Shown: positions 17,925 through 28,077, counted from the stretch's first letter. The stretch: 64,000 bases of DNA from Candidatus Latescibacterota bacterium (GCA_030658975.1 JAUSBL010000055.1:971-64970); one strand, 5' to 3'. Numbers and translations are program-made. The notes: generated by a model not told the origin, from the sequence alone.

Positions 17925-18449
17925 ATGAAGCACCGCAACCTTCTGACGACCATCGCCCTGGGCACGATCATCGCCGCTTCGGCGACGCCGGTCCTGGCGG
18001 ATTCCTGCGGGAGCGGGGCCAAGGCGACCCACGCGTCCGCCACCGCGACCACGACGATCTTCAAGACCGCCGAGCAGGCCGGCTTCACCACGCTGGTCGC
18101 GGCCGTGAAGGCCGCCGACCTCGAGGACGTCCTGAACGGCAAGGGCCCGTTCACGGTCTTCGCGCCGACGGACGAGGCCTTCGCCAAGCTGCCGGCCGGC
18201 ACGGTCGAGTCGCTGCTGGCCGATCCCGCGGCCCTCAAGAGCATCCTGCTGTACCACGTCGTGTCCGGCGAGGTCATGGCCGCCGACGTGGTGAAGCTCA
18301 CCGAGGCCGCGACGGTCAACGGAGCGAAGGTGTCCGTCGACGCGACCGAGGGTGTCCGGATCAACGGCTCCCGCGTGGTCAAGGCCGATGTGAGGGCCAG
18401 CAACGGCGTCATCCACGTGATCGACACCGTCCTGCTGCCCAAGAACTAA
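17925..18449 (+). CDS. Fasciclin (FAS1) domain protein, secreted
   Basis: ATG 17925 (AGGGAGAG SD) within ORF 17814-18449. It contains [30 protein letters not shown] and [13 protein letters not shown]. Confidence 0.9.
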   Translation: MKHRNLLTTIALGTIIAASATPVLADSCGSGAKATHASATATTTIFKTAEQAGFTTLVAAVKAADLEDVLNGKGPFTVFAPTDEAFAKLPAGTVESLLADPAALKSILLYHVVSGEVMAADVVKLTEAATVNGAKVSVDATEGVRINGSRVVKADVRASNGVIHVIDTVLLPKN

Positions 18450-18495
18450 GAAACCAACCGGCGCCCGCGCGGCGCCCCATTCGAGGGAGAGAACC

Positions 18496-19923
18496 ATGAT
18501 GAACGACAAGAGCATCAAGACCCTGCTGGCGGTGATGGCCGCCCTGACGATGGGCCTGGGCCTGATCGGCTGCAGCGACGACGACAATCCGGCCGATCCC
18601 GGGCTGGGCGACGGCGCCAAGCTGCGGGTCGTGCACGCCTCGCCGGACGCCCCCGAGGTGGACGTCTACGCCGAGGGCATCGCGACGCCCCTGATCGCCG
18701 GCCTCGGCTACACCGAGACCAGCGCCTACCTGGACCTCGATCCGGGCACCTACAACATCCAACTGCGGGCCGCGGGCGCGGCGCCCACTTCCGAGCCCGC
18801 CTACGAGACGGGTGAACTGACGGTGCCCGCGGACGCGGTCATCACGGCCGTGGCCGTCGGGCTGCTGGGCAGCACTGCGGGGGCCGACGCCTTCCGCGTG
18901 CTGCCGCTCGTGGAGGACTTCACCGCGCCCGGCGCGGGGCAGGCGGCCGTGCGCATCGTGCACGGCGCAGCCGACGCTCCCGCCGTGGCGATCGACGTCG
19001 GCAACGACGGCACCCCCGAGATCACCGGTTTCGCGCGCTTCGCGGAGACTGGTCCGGCGGGTGTCGCGCTGCCGGCGGGATCGCCGCTCGCGGTCGGCAT
19101 CTGGGCGGGTTCCCCCCTGGCCCGCGTGACCGCCTTCACGACCCCGGCGCTGCCCCAGGCCGAGATCTTCCTGATCGCCACCGGCCTGCTCGGCTCTTCC
19201 CCCCGCGCCCAGGACGGGTTCGGCCTGCTGGCCGTCGGCCCGGCGGGCACGGTCGGCCTGATCCGCCAGAACCCGGTCGTGTTCGTGCTGCACGCCTCGC
19301 CGGACGCTCCGGCCGTCGACGTCTTCGTCGGGGGCACCGAAACCGAGCTGGTGGACGGTCTGTCCTTCGGCGAACTCTCTCCCCCGGTCCAGGTGCCCCC
19401 GGCGTCCTATTCCCTGGACGTCAAGGTCGCGGCCGGCGGCGCCCTGGCGGCCACCGTCGCGACGCCGACCCTCGTGGCCGGCGAGCGCTACCTGGCCGTC
19501 GCGTCGGGCTTCGTCGCCGCCGAGGGGCTCGAGTTCACCCTGCTGGCCTACGCCGACGCCTTCGGCAACGCAGCTGACCCGCTGGTCCGCGTGGTTCACG
19601 CCTCGCCCGACGCGCCGGCCGTCGACGTGGGCGTCTGGAACGGCGCGACGCTGACACCGGTCGGCGCCTATACCGACCTGGCGTTCGGCGAGGCCTCGGC
19701 GCCGGCGGGCACGGCCCTGCCGGCCGCGGCCTTCACCATCGGCGTCGCCGCCACGGGCACAGGCACGCCCGCGGCCACCTTCGGCCTCGCCCCGACGGCC
19801 GGCCTGCGCGCCTTCGCGGTGGCGGGCGGCTCGCTGGCCGGAACGGGCGAGTCCTTCCGTCTGCTGCTGGTGGTGGCCTCCAGCTACCCGTGGCAGGTCC
19901 TCGAGGTGCTGCCCAACCCGTAG
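18496..19923 (+). CDS. DUF4397 repeat lipoprotein
   Basis: 475-aa ORF. Lipobox GLIGC. Four repeats of the (L/V)R(V/I)VHASPDAPxVDV signature. Confidence 0.8.
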   Translation: MMNDKSIKTLLAVMAALTMGLGLIGCSDDDNPADPGLGDGAKLRVVHASPDAPEVDVYAEGIATPLIAGLGYTETSAYLDLDPGTYNIQLRAAGAAPTSEPAYETGELTVPADAVITAVAVGLLGSTAGADAFRVLPLVEDFTAPGAGQAAVRIVHGAADAPAVAIDVGNDGTPEITGFARFAETGPAGVALPAGSPLAVGIWAGSPLARVTAFTTPALPQAEIFLIATGLLGSSPRAQDGFGLLAVGPAGTVGLIRQNPVVFVLHASPDAPAVDVFVGGTETELVDGLSFGELSPPVQVPPASYSLDVKVAAGGALAATVATPTLVAGERYLAVASGFVAAEGLEFTLLAYADAFGNAADPLVRVVHASPDAPAVDVGVWNGATLTPVGAYTDLAFGEASAPAGTALPAAAFTIGVAATGTGTPAATFGLAPTAGLRAFAVAGGSLAGTGESFRLLLVVASSYPWQVLEVLPNP

Positions 19924-19942
19924 CACGTCGAATGTTCCACGA

Positions 19943-19980
19943 GAGGGCCGGACCCGTCGCGGGTCCGGCCCTCGCCGTTT
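19943..19980 (+). terminator. Intrinsic terminator after the DUF4397 gene
   Basis: Perfect 14-bp stem GAGGGCCGGACCCG / CGGGTCCGGCCCTC (19943-19973), then GCCGUUUCC. Confidence 0.55.
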
Positions 19981-20102
19981 CCCGCCCGCCCGCGGCGCCT
20001 CGCGTCTTGCGCGCTTGCCGGTAGCCGTCGCCGTGATAAGCTGACCCCGACCATGGACCATACGACGAGCGCGTCCCCGCGGACGCCGGCGAAAGGCATG
20101 CC

Positions 20103-21167
20103 ATGTCCCGTCTCACCCAGCGGCGCCTGACGAAGACCGCGCAGTCCCCCGGCACCGTCGAGTACGTCGGGAAGCACAAGGTCGAGAACGTCGAGATCTC
20201 GGTCTTCGACTACGGCCCCGGGAGCTGCCAGGAATCGACGCCCACCACCCTCGCCGAGCTGCTCCCCCACCGCGACAGCGATACCGTCACCTGGATCGAC
20301 ATCGACGGGCTGCACGACACCGCGCTGCTGCAGGGCCTCGGGGCCCACTTCGGCTTCCACCCGCTGGTCCTCGAGGACGTCGTCAACACCCACCAGCGGC
20401 CGAAGCTGGAGGACTACGGCGACTATCTCTACATCGTGGTGCGGATGCTGAGCTACGACGCCGAGCGGCGGGAGCTGGGCAGCGACCAGGTCAGCCTGCT
20501 GCTGGGCGAGCGCTACGTGTTCTCGCTCCAGGAAAGCTGGGGCGACGTCTTCGACCCCGTGCGCGAGCGGCTCCGCAGCGGCAAGGGACGCATCCGCGGT
20601 CACGGGCCGGACTACCTGGCCTACGCCCTGCTGGACGCGGTGGTCGACAACTACTTCGTGATCCTCGAGCAGCTGGGCGAGGAGATCGAGGAGCTGGAGA
20701 CCCAGCTCGTCGAGGACCCCCAGTCGGAGCAGCAGAGGGCCGTCCACGAACTGAAGCGCGAGATGATCCTGCTGCGCAAGAGCGTGTGGCCGCTGCGCGA
20801 GGTCCTCGCGGGCCTGGAACGCACGGAGTCGGGACTGCTGCGGACCGAGACCCGGGTCTTCATCCGCGACGTCTACGACCACGCGATCCAGGTCATCGAC
20901 GTGGTCGAGTCGTTCCGCGACATGCTGTCGGGCCTGCAGGACCTGTACCTCTCGAGCATCAGCAACAAGACGAACGAGGTCATGAAGGTGCTGACGATCA
21001 TCGGCACGATCTTCATCCCGGTCACCTTCCTGGCGGGCGTCTACGGCATGAACTTCCAGTATTTCCCGGAGCTGGCCTGGAAGTGGAGCTACCCGACGTT
21101 CTGGGCGATTTCGCTGATCGTCGGCGGCGTCATGCTCAACTTCTTCCGCCGGCGCAAATGGCTGTAA
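20103..21167 (+). CDS. corA: Magnesium/cobalt transporter CorA
   Basis: 354-aa ORF. YGMNF (GMN motif) lies before the last TM segment. N-terminal block: TWIDIDGLHD...FHPLVLEDV. Confidence 0.9.
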   Translation: MSRLTQRRLTKTAQSPGTVEYVGKHKVENVEISVFDYGPGSCQESTPTTLAELLPHRDSDTVTWIDIDGLHDTALLQGLGAHFGFHPLVLEDVVNTHQRPKLEDYGDYLYIVVRMLSYDAERRELGSDQVSLLLGERYVFSLQESWGDVFDPVRERLRSGKGRIRGHGPDYLAYALLDAVVDNYFVILEQLGEEIEELETQLVEDPQSEQQRAVHELKREMILLRKSVWPLREVLAGLERTESGLLRTETRVFIRDVYDHAIQVIDVVESFRDMLSGLQDLYLSSISNKTNEVMKVLTIIGTIFIPVTFLAGVYGMNFQYFPELAWKWSYPTFWAISLIVGGVMLNFFRRRKWL

Positions 21168-21259
21168 CGCCGGCCGGTGCAACCTCGGCTTGCCGGCTGC
21201 GTCGATAGCGCGCAACGTTCCCGCTCCGACGCCCCACAACCCGAGCTCTGGAGATCGAC

Positions 21260-21940
21260 ATGCGACCCCTTCTGCTGTTCCTGACACTGATCGCCATACC
21301 CTGTTGCGCCCTGGCCGGCCACGAGGCGGGCGCCCGCTTCGACGTGGGCGTCCCCAAGGGCGACTTCGCCGACAACCTGGAGGATCCCGGCTTCGGCCTG
21401 GTGGGCCACTACGCCTGGAGCCCCGCGCCGGCCTTCGCGGTGGGCGCCGGCCTGGGCTTCATGATCTACGGCAGCGAGACGCGCGTCATCGAGCTGCCCC
21501 TGGTCGAGGACGTCGACCTGACCACGACCAACAACCTGGCCGCCTTCCACCTGCTGATGCAGCTGCGGGCGCCGCGCGGCCCCGTGCGCCCCTACCTCGA
21601 GGGCCGCTTCGGCGGCCAGTACCTCTGGACGGAGTCGAAGCTCGAGGACCAGGACTTCTGGGACGACGACGAGGTCGGCAAGGAAGTGAACTACGACGAC
21701 TTCGCCCTGGTCTACGGCGGCGGCGCCGGCCTGCTGATCGGCCTGCGGTCGCCCCGGCCCGCCGACAAGCATCCGTGGGGGCTCGAGCTGGACCTCAAGG
21801 CCCTGTGGCTGTCCGGCGGCGAAGCCCGCTACCTGACAGAGGGCGGCATCGAAATCGTCGGCGACCGGCCGGTCTTCTCTCCTTCGGAGTCGGAGACCGA
21901 CCTGCTCCACGTCGAGGCCGGCGTGAACTTCCGCTTCTGA
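21260..21940 (+). CDS. Outer-membrane beta-barrel protein (OmpA-beta/OmpW-like), function unknown
   Basis: 226-aa ORF. Signal peptide, alternating beta-strand pattern, C-terminal ...EAGVNFRF. Confidence 0.55.
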   Translation: MRPLLLFLTLIAIPCCALAGHEAGARFDVGVPKGDFADNLEDPGFGLVGHYAWSPAPAFAVGAGLGFMIYGSETRVIELPLVEDVDLTTTNNLAAFHLLMQLRAPRGPVRPYLEGRFGGQYLWTESKLEDQDFWDDDEVGKEVNYDDFALVYGGGAGLLIGLRSPRPADKHPWGLELDLKALWLSGGEARYLTEGGIEIVGDRPVFSPSESETDLLHVEAGVNFRF

Positions 21941-21957
21941 ACCGAAACGAGACGGCG

Positions 21958-22875
21958 ATGTCGACCAAGACCGCACTGGCGGCGGCGATCCTGATATCGG
22001 CATCGGCGGCGGGAGGCTGCGGCCCGCACGAGGCGCCGGCCGATCCCGCGCACCTCGCCGAAGTCGAGGCCCGGCACGCCGCGCGCATCGAGCGCCTGCG
22101 TGACGAGACGGGCTGGCTGACCCTCGTCGGCCTGCACCCCCTGCGCGACGGCGCCAACACGGTGGGCTCGGCCGCGGACGCCGGCGCGCGGCTGCCCACG
22201 GCGGCGCCGGCGCGGCTCGGCGTCGTGACCGCGGATGCGACGGGGTACTCCTTCGAGGCCGCGGCCGGCGCCGACGTCCGGCGGATCGTCGGCGGCGACA
22301 CCCTCGCGGTGACGAGCGTCGCCATGGCGCCGGACATCCCGGGCCCGCCGACCGTGCTGCGCTCGGGCTCGCTGCTCTTCCACGTCATCGTGCGCGGCGG
22401 CCGCGGCTTCCTGAGGGTGAAGGATCGCGAGAGCGAGGTCCGGCGCGGCTTCACGGGCATCGAGCGCTTCCCGGTGGGCGGGCGCTGGCGGGTGACGGCC
22501 CGGCTCGAGCCCCACGTCCCCCCGCGCGGCGTGATGGTGCCGGACGTGCTGGGCAACCTCGAGGAGTCGCCGAGCCCGGGCACGCTGGTGTTCACCCTGG
22601 AGGGCCGCGAATGCCGGCTCACGCCGGTCGGAGGGCCGGGCGAGGAGCTGTTCATCGTCTTCGCCGACGCGACCAGCGGCGGGGAGACCTACGGCGGCGG
22701 CCGCTTCCTGTCGGCCGACCCGCCGCGCCCCGACGGGACCGTCGTGCTGGACTTCAACCTGGCCACCAACCCTCCCTGCGCGTTCACCCCGTACGCGACC
22801 TGCCCCCTGCCCCCGCAGGGCAACACGCTGCCGGTGGCGGTGCGCGCCGGCGAAAAGACCTGGGGGCGCCACTGA
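21958..22875 (+). CDS. DUF1684 family lipoprotein
   Basis: ATG 21958 in ORF 21190-22875. Lipobox SAAGGC. C-terminal FNLATNPPCAFTPYATCPLPPQGN matches my memory of the DUF1684 signature. Confidence 0.7.
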   Translation: MSTKTALAAAILISASAAGGCGPHEAPADPAHLAEVEARHAARIERLRDETGWLTLVGLHPLRDGANTVGSAADAGARLPTAAPARLGVVTADATGYSFEAAAGADVRRIVGGDTLAVTSVAMAPDIPGPPTVLRSGSLLFHVIVRGGRGFLRVKDRESEVRRGFTGIERFPVGGRWRVTARLEPHVPPRGVMVPDVLGNLEESPSPGTLVFTLEGRECRLTPVGGPGEELFIVFADATSGGETYGGGRFLSADPPRPDGTVVLDFNLATNPPCAFTPYATCPLPPQGNTLPVAVRAGEKTWGRH

Positions 22876-22984
22876 GCGGGTTGTCCCCTCGTCATTGCGC
22901 GGCGGTCGCCAGGCTGTATCTTGCCGGAAGGCTTCGACATCCGCGGCGCCCGCCGCGCCGCCACGCACAGCGAACGGACAACGC

Positions 22985-23704
22985 ATGATCATCGCGATCC
23001 TCAGCGACATCCACGCCAACCTCGAAGCGCTCGAAGCCGTCGTGGCCGACGCCCGCGGCGAAGGAGCCGGCCGCTTCGCCTGTCTCGGCGACGTCGTCGG
23101 CTACAACGCCGACCCCGTCGCCTGCATCGACCTCGTGCGCGCGTTGCCCTGCCTGCCCTGCATCCGCGGCAACCACGACGAGATGGCCGCCGGCGACCGG
23201 GCCCTGCTGGGCATCAACAACATGGCCTTCACCGCGATGACCTGGACCCGCCTCCAGCTCGACGGCGAGCGCCGGTCCTGGCTGGGCGGCCTGCCGCTGC
23301 TCCACGAGGAGCCCGACGCCGTCTACGTCCACGCCTCCCTCGACGACCCCGCCGGCTGGCACTACGTGCACGATGCCAGGGAGGCCGCGGCGAACTTCGC
23401 TCACCAGTCGCGACGCCTCTGCTTCATCGGCCACTCCCACCAGCCGGGCAGCTGGCGCGAAAACGGCAGCAACGTGAAGAGGGGGCAGGGGGAATCGTTC
23501 ACGATCGCCGACGACGACCGCTGGCTCGTGAACGTTGGCAGCGTCGGCCAACCCCGCGACCACGACCCCCGCGCCTCCTACGCCCTCTACGACATCGACG
23601 CCGGCACCGTGCGCCTGCGGCGCGTCACCTACGACGTGGGCGCCGCCCAGGCCAAGATTCTCGCAGCCGGCCTGCCCGAATCCCTCGCGAAGCGTCTGGA
23701 CTGA
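22985..23704 (+). CDS. Calcineurin-like metallophosphoesterase (YfcE/MPP family)
   Basis: ATG 22985 in ORF 22895-23704. It contains MIIAILSDIHAN, CLGDVVGY, GNHD, FIGHSH and NVGSVGQPRD. Confidence 0.85.
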   Translation: MIIAILSDIHANLEALEAVVADARGEGAGRFACLGDVVGYNADPVACIDLVRALPCLPCIRGNHDEMAAGDRALLGINNMAFTAMTWTRLQLDGERRSWLGGLPLLHEEPDAVYVHASLDDPAGWHYVHDAREAAANFAHQSRRLCFIGHSHQPGSWRENGSNVKRGQGESFTIADDDRWLVNVGSVGQPRDHDPRASYALYDIDAGTVRLRRVTYDVGAAQAKILAAGLPESLAKRLD

Positions 23705-23714
23705 CCGCCTCCAG

Positions 23715-23964
23715 CATTGAATCCGGTCCGCGGATGGTCCCCTGCTTATGCGCTCGATGTGTTGCGACTCGGATCTATGCATCCTCCCGTGACAGGGGAC
23801 GCGCGCCGGGCACCTCGTGTGCCCGGCGCGCTTGACTTCCAGCCCCCTGCGCCATCCTGGCTCCGGGGCCTTCCAGACACCCCTGTCACGGAAGGATGAA
23901 TAGATCCGAGTCGATCAGCATCGAGGCGATCGGCAGGGGACGATCCTCCGGACCGGACTCAATG
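23715..23964. repeat. 250-bp imperfect palindrome: ~84-nt inverted arms enclosing a perfect 13-bp-stem hairpin (MITE/REP-like or long dsRNA element)
   Basis: Left arm 23715-23798 versus the reverse complement of right arm 23880-23964 is roughly 85% identical by eye, with one indel. Central hairpin GCGCGCCGGGCAC (23801-23813) / GTGCCCGGCGCGC (23819-23831). The right arm overlaps the msrA stop codon. Confidence 0.8.
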
Positions 23965-24588
23965 CTTGAGACGATCTTTGTACTGTTCGCGGAACTTTTT
24001 CAGTTTCGGGTCGATGACGATGCGGCAGTAGGACTGCGACCTGTTGTTGGCGTAGTAGTCCTGGTGGCCTGCCTCGGCGGGGATGAAGGCGTCCAGCAAT
24101 CCGATGCGCGTCACGGGCGGGTGCGGGTAGAGCTTGGCCGCGGCGACTTCGGACTTCACTCGCTCGGCCGTGCTGAGCTGCGCGGCGTCGTGGGCGAAGA
24201 TCGCCGAGCGGTACTGGGGGCCCACGTCGGCGCCCTGGCGGTCGAGGGTCGTGGGGTCGTGGATCGTGAAGAAGGCGGCCAGCAGCTCGGCGTAGGAGAT
24301 GACCGCCGGGTCGAAGGTCACCTGCACGGCCTCGGCGTGGCCGGTGGTCCCGGTGCAGACCTCCTCGTAGGTCACGGAGCCGGGACCGCCGCCGGCGTAG
24401 CCGGACACGACGCGGGTCACGCCCGCCAGTTCCTGGAACACGGCTTCGAGGCACCAGAAGCAGCCGCCGGCGAGGGTGGCGGTCTCGGTGCGCGGCGGGG
24501 CAGCGGCGTCGGTCACGGCGGAACTCCTTGCGGGGATGAGGACCAGCGCGGCCGCGAGGGCGGCGGCAGCGGCGTTTCGAGCTAACAT
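23959..24588 (-). CDS. msrA: Peptide-methionine (S)-S-oxide reductase MsrA with signal peptide
   Basis: 209-aa ORF. It contains GGCFWCLEAVF, GHAEAVQVTFDP and GPQYRSAIF. Confidence 0.9.
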   Translation of the reverse strand: MLARNAAAAALAAALVLIPARSSAVTDAAAPPRTETATLAGGCFWCLEAVFQELAGVTRVVSGYAGGGPGSVTYEEVCTGTTGHAEAVQVTFDPAVISYAELLAAFFTIHDPTTLDRQGADVGPQYRSAIFAHDAAQLSTAERVKSEVAAAKLYPHPPVTRIGLLDAFIPAEAGHQDYYANNRSQSYCRIVIDPKLKKFREQYKDRLKH

Positions 24589-24706
24589 GACGACTCCTCG
24601 CGATGGGGGCGATGCACAGGATAATCACGGGTGCGCCGGAGCCGCGACTGGCCCGCCCCTTGCAAACCGGCGCGGTACCATCCACCCAAGCCCGGAGCGA
24701 CCGGAC

Positions 24707-26824
24707 ATGACGCTGGAGACCGGCGAGCCGACAACCGCCAGGGATCTGTTCCTGAACCGCGAACTGAGCCTTCTGGAGTTCCAGCAGCGGGTGCTCGAGG
24801 AGGCCCGTGACCCGTCCAATCCCCTGCTGGAGCGCGTCAAGTTCCTGGCCATCCTGGGGTCGAATCTCGACGAATTCTTCATGGTCCGCGCGGGCGGGCT
24901 GAGCATGCAGCAGCAGTCGGGGGTCGTGGACCTGTCGCTGGACGGGCTGACCCCGGCCACCCAGCTGGCGGCCATCCGCAAGCGGACCTTCCAGCTCATG
25001 AGCGAAGCCACCCGCCATCTGCACGAGGAACTGCTCCCCGAGCTGAAGCAGGCCGGCGTCCACATCCTCGACTACGCGGACCTCAACGAGAAGCAGCGCG
25101 GCCAGGTCGAGCGCTACTTCCAGCAGGTCGTCTTCCCGGTGCTCACGCCCCTGGCCCACGACCCCGGCCATCCCTTCCCCCACATCTCCAACCTCAGCCT
25201 GAACATGGCCGTCATGGTGCGCAACCTCGACGGCGAGGTGCGCTTCGCCCGCGTGAAGGTGCCGGCCACGCTGCCGCGGCTGGTGCCCGTCAAGCGGTCC
25301 TCGGGCGGCGTGAAGCGCGACTGGACCGTGCCCCGCAACCACTACTTCGTGTGGATCGAACAGGTGATCGCCGCCCACCTGGGCGAGCTCTTCCACGGCA
25401 TGGAGCTGCAGGAAGCCCACCCCTTCCGGGTGACCCGCAACGCAGACTTCGAGATCCAGGAACTGGAGGCCAGCGATCTGCTGGAGACGATGGCCGCCAG
25501 CGTCAAGGAGCGGCAGTTCGGCGATGCGGTGCGCCTGGACGTCTCGCCGGAGATGCCGGCGGAGATCCGCGGCATCCTGACGCGCAACCTCGGGCTCGTG
25601 GATCGCGACGTCTACGTCCTGCCGCGTCCCCTCGGCCTGGCCGGCCTTGCTCAGATCTGCGACGTGGACCGCTACGACCTCAAGTTCCCCGCCTACACGC
25701 CGAACGTGCCGGCGCCGCTGCGCGCCGAGACGCGCGAGGGCGACATCTTCGCCGCGATCCGCCAGGGCGACCTGATGGTGCACCACCCCTACGACTCGTT
25801 CGAGCCCGTGGTGGAGTTCCTGGAAGCGGCCGCCCGCGACCCCCAGGTCTTGGCCATCAAGCAGACGCTCTACCGCGTGGGGCGCGACTCGCCGGTGGTC
25901 AAGGCCCTGCTGCGGGCCCGCCGCGACCACCACAAGCAGGTGGCGGTGCTGGTGGAGCTGAAGGCCCGGTTCGACGAGGACAGCAACATCGGCTGGGCGC
26001 GGATGCTTGAGCACGAGGGCGTCCACGTGACTTACGGCCTGCTGGGCCTCAAGACGCACTGCAAGGTGCTGCTGGTCGTGCGGCAGGAGGGCGACGAGAT
26101 CCGTCGCTACGTCCATCTGGGCACAGGCAACTACAACCACGCGACGGCCCGCGCCTACGAGGACCTCGGGATGTTCACCTGCGATCCCGAGATCGGCGCC
26201 GACGCCACCGACCTCTTCAACTACCTGACCGGCTACTCGGCGCAGAAGGACTACCGCCGGCTGATCGTGGCGCCGGTCAACATGCGCGAGCGCCTCGAGG
26301 AACTGCTGCGTCGCGAGATCGCTCACGCCCGCGCCGGCGCGAAGGCGCGGCTGGTGCTGAAGATGAACTCGCTGGTTGACCGCCGGATCATCATGCTGCT
26401 CTACGAGGCTTCACGGGAGGGCGTGCAGACCGACCTGATCGTGCGCGGCGTCTGCAGCCTGCGGCCGGGCGTCGCCGGGCTGAGCGAGAACATCCGCGTC
26501 ACGAGCATCGTCGGGCGCTTCCTCGAACACAGCCGGATCTACTTCTTCCGCAACGGCGGCGACGAGGAGATCTACGCGGGCAGCGCCGACCTCATGACCC
26601 GCAACATCGACCGGCGCGTGGAGGTGCTGTTCCCGGTGACCAGCCCGGCGCTGCGGCGCTACCTGCGCGACGACGTGCTCGGCGTCTACCTCGCCGACGA
26701 CGTCTCCAGCCGCGCCATGCAGCCCGGGGGCGGCTACACCCGCAACCGTCCCGCCGAGGGCGAGGAGCCGGTGCAGGTCCAGCGCCGCCTGCTGGAGAGC
26801 CGCGGCGGCCTCTGGCGCCGCTGA
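24707..26824 (+). CDS. ppk: Polyphosphate kinase 1
   Basis: ATG 24707 in ORF 24476-26824. It contains FLNRELSLLEFQQRVLEEA, LKFLAILGSNLDEFFMVR, HLGTGNYN and FLEHSRIYFF. Confidence 0.9.
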   Translation: MTLETGEPTTARDLFLNRELSLLEFQQRVLEEARDPSNPLLERVKFLAILGSNLDEFFMVRAGGLSMQQQSGVVDLSLDGLTPATQLAAIRKRTFQLMSEATRHLHEELLPELKQAGVHILDYADLNEKQRGQVERYFQQVVFPVLTPLAHDPGHPFPHISNLSLNMAVMVRNLDGEVRFARVKVPATLPRLVPVKRSSGGVKRDWTVPRNHYFVWIEQVIAAHLGELFHGMELQEAHPFRVTRNADFEIQELEASDLLETMAASVKERQFGDAVRLDVSPEMPAEIRGILTRNLGLVDRDVYVLPRPLGLAGLAQICDVDRYDLKFPAYTPNVPAPLRAETREGDIFAAIRQGDLMVHHPYDSFEPVVEFLEAAARDPQVLAIKQTLYRVGRDSPVVKALLRARRDHHKQVAVLVELKARFDEDSNIGWARMLEHEGVHVTYGLLGLKTHCKVLLVVRQEGDEIRRYVHLGTGNYNHATARAYEDLGMFTCDPEIGADATDLFNYLTGYSAQKDYRRLIVAPVNMRERLEELLRREIAHARAGAKARLVLKMNSLVDRRIIMLLYEASREGVQTDLIVRGVCSLRPGVAGLSENIRVTSIVGRFLEHSRIYFFRNGGDEEIYAGSADLMTRNIDRRVEVLFPVTSPALRRYLRDDVLGVYLADDVSSRAMQPGGGYTRNRPAEGEEPVQVQRRLLESRGGLWRR

Positions 26825-26831
26825 TCGGGCT

Positions 26832-27992
26832 TCAGAACGGCAGGTCCCGGTCCGCCAGGCCCAGGCACGTCCCCACCGACCGCGCCGCGTGGAGCCAGGG
26901 ATGCCCGGGCGGCACGGTCTTCTTGCGGCCGGCGACCTGGTCCAGGGGCACCGGCACGATCTCGCTCCCCCGCACCGCCGTCATCACGTTGACGACCCCC
27001 TCGGCCAGCAGGTCGGCGGCCTTCACGCCCAACCGCGTGCACAGCAGGCGGTCGGTCGGGGTCGGCCCGCCGCCGCGCTGGACGTGGCCCAGGGCGGTGA
27101 CGCGCGCGTCGGTCCCGGTCAGCATCTGGAGCTGGCGCGCAAGGCTGGTGGCCAGGGACTCGTGCACCAGGCGGCGTCCGTGCAGGTCGTCGTCCGCCTC
27201 CGGCGCGGCCTCGACCTTCGGCGCCCCGTTCTTACGGTTCAGGCGGGCCGCAGCGGCCTGCTCGCGCGTGAGCGCCCCCTCGGCCACCACGATGATGGAG
27301 AAGCGCTTGCCGAAGCGGCGCTGGCGTTCCAGCAGGTAGTCCTTCACCACGTGCAGGTCGTAGGGGATCTCCGGGATGAGGATGACGTCGGCGCCGGCGG
27401 CCAGGCCCGCGCCGAGCGCCAGCCAGCCGGCGCTGTTGCCCATGACCTCCACGACGATGATGCGGTCGTGGCTCGTCGCCGTGGTGTGCAGGCGGTCGAT
27501 GGCCTCGGCGGCGATCGTCATGGCCGTGTCGAAGCCGAAGCTGACGTCGGTGCCGAACACGTCGTTGTCGATGGTCTTGGGCAGCGTCAGCACGTCCAGG
27601 CCGCCCGCGCGCTGCAACTGGTGGGCGTTCTTCTGGGTCCCGTTGCCGCCCAGACAGACCAGGCACTCGATGCCGTGGCTGCGGGCGTTGGCCACCGCGA
27701 CGGCGGTCATGTCCAGGACCTGGTCGCCCATCAGCATCTTGTTGGGCTTGTCGCGGCTGGTGCCGAGGATCGTGCCGCCGAGGGTCAGGACGTTGCTGAG
27801 GGACTGGGTGTCGAGGCGCTGCACGCGGTTCTCGACCAGCCCGCGGAAACCGTCGCGGATCCCGATCACCTGCATGCCGTGGCGCTGGATGGCGGCCTTG
27901 GCGATGCCGCGGATGGCGGCGTTGAGGCCGGGGCAGTCGCCGCCGGAGGTCAGGATGCCGATGCAGCGGATCTGCGGCGCGCGCTCGTTCAT
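26832..27992 (-). CDS. pfkA: 6-phosphofructokinase
   Basis: 386-aa ORF. It contains [48 protein letters not shown] and GHVQRGG. Confidence 0.85.
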   Translation of the reverse strand: MNERAPQIRCIGILTSGGDCPGLNAAIRGIAKAAIQRHGMQVIGIRDGFRGLVENRVQRLDTQSLSNVLTLGGTILGTSRDKPNKMLMGDQVLDMTAVAVANARSHGIECLVCLGGNGTQKNAHQLQRAGGLDVLTLPKTIDNDVFGTDVSFGFDTAMTIAAEAIDRLHTTATSHDRIIVVEVMGNSAGWLALGAGLAAGADVILIPEIPYDLHVVKDYLLERQRRFGKRFSIIVVAEGALTREQAAAARLNRKNGAPKVEAAPEADDDLHGRRLVHESLATSLARQLQMLTGTDARVTALGHVQRGGGPTPTDRLLCTRLGVKAADLLAEGVVNVMTAVRGSEIVPVPLDQVAGRKKTVPPGHPWLHAARSVGTCLGLADRDLPF

Positions 27993-28077
27993 GTCACGTC
28001 CCGTGGCGGAGGAGGCGATGGCGGCCGCCGCCGAGCGCGGCGGCCGCCGGCGACATCATAGGCGGGCGGGATGCGGA

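Noticed and set aside
19981-20102. Mg2+ riboswitch (M-box) upstream of corA
   Set aside because: The region is only ~120 nt after the terminator and shows none of the conserved M-box segments I can recall.
20103-21167. CorA as a SAM-AMP-activated CRISPR type III effector, given the SAM theme elsewhere in the window
   Set aside because: There are no cas genes, CRISPR array or NrN/SAM-lyase genes nearby. The protein has ordinary CorA length and a GMN motif, so it was called a housekeeping Mg/Co transporter.
23715-23964. The two large palindromic elements (also 45992-46163) as IS elements or composite transposons
   Set aside because: There is no transposase-sized ORF with recognisable motifs inside or beside them, and the ORFs in the track there (23717-23899, 23896-24585) are shadow ORFs. 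At most they are non-autonomous (MITE/REP-like) elements.
26832-27992. Calling the phosphofructokinase PPi-dependent
   Set aside because: The GGNGT block keeps Gly at the position that, as I recall, is Asp in PPi-dependent enzymes. It was left as a generic or ATP-type 6-phosphofructokinase.
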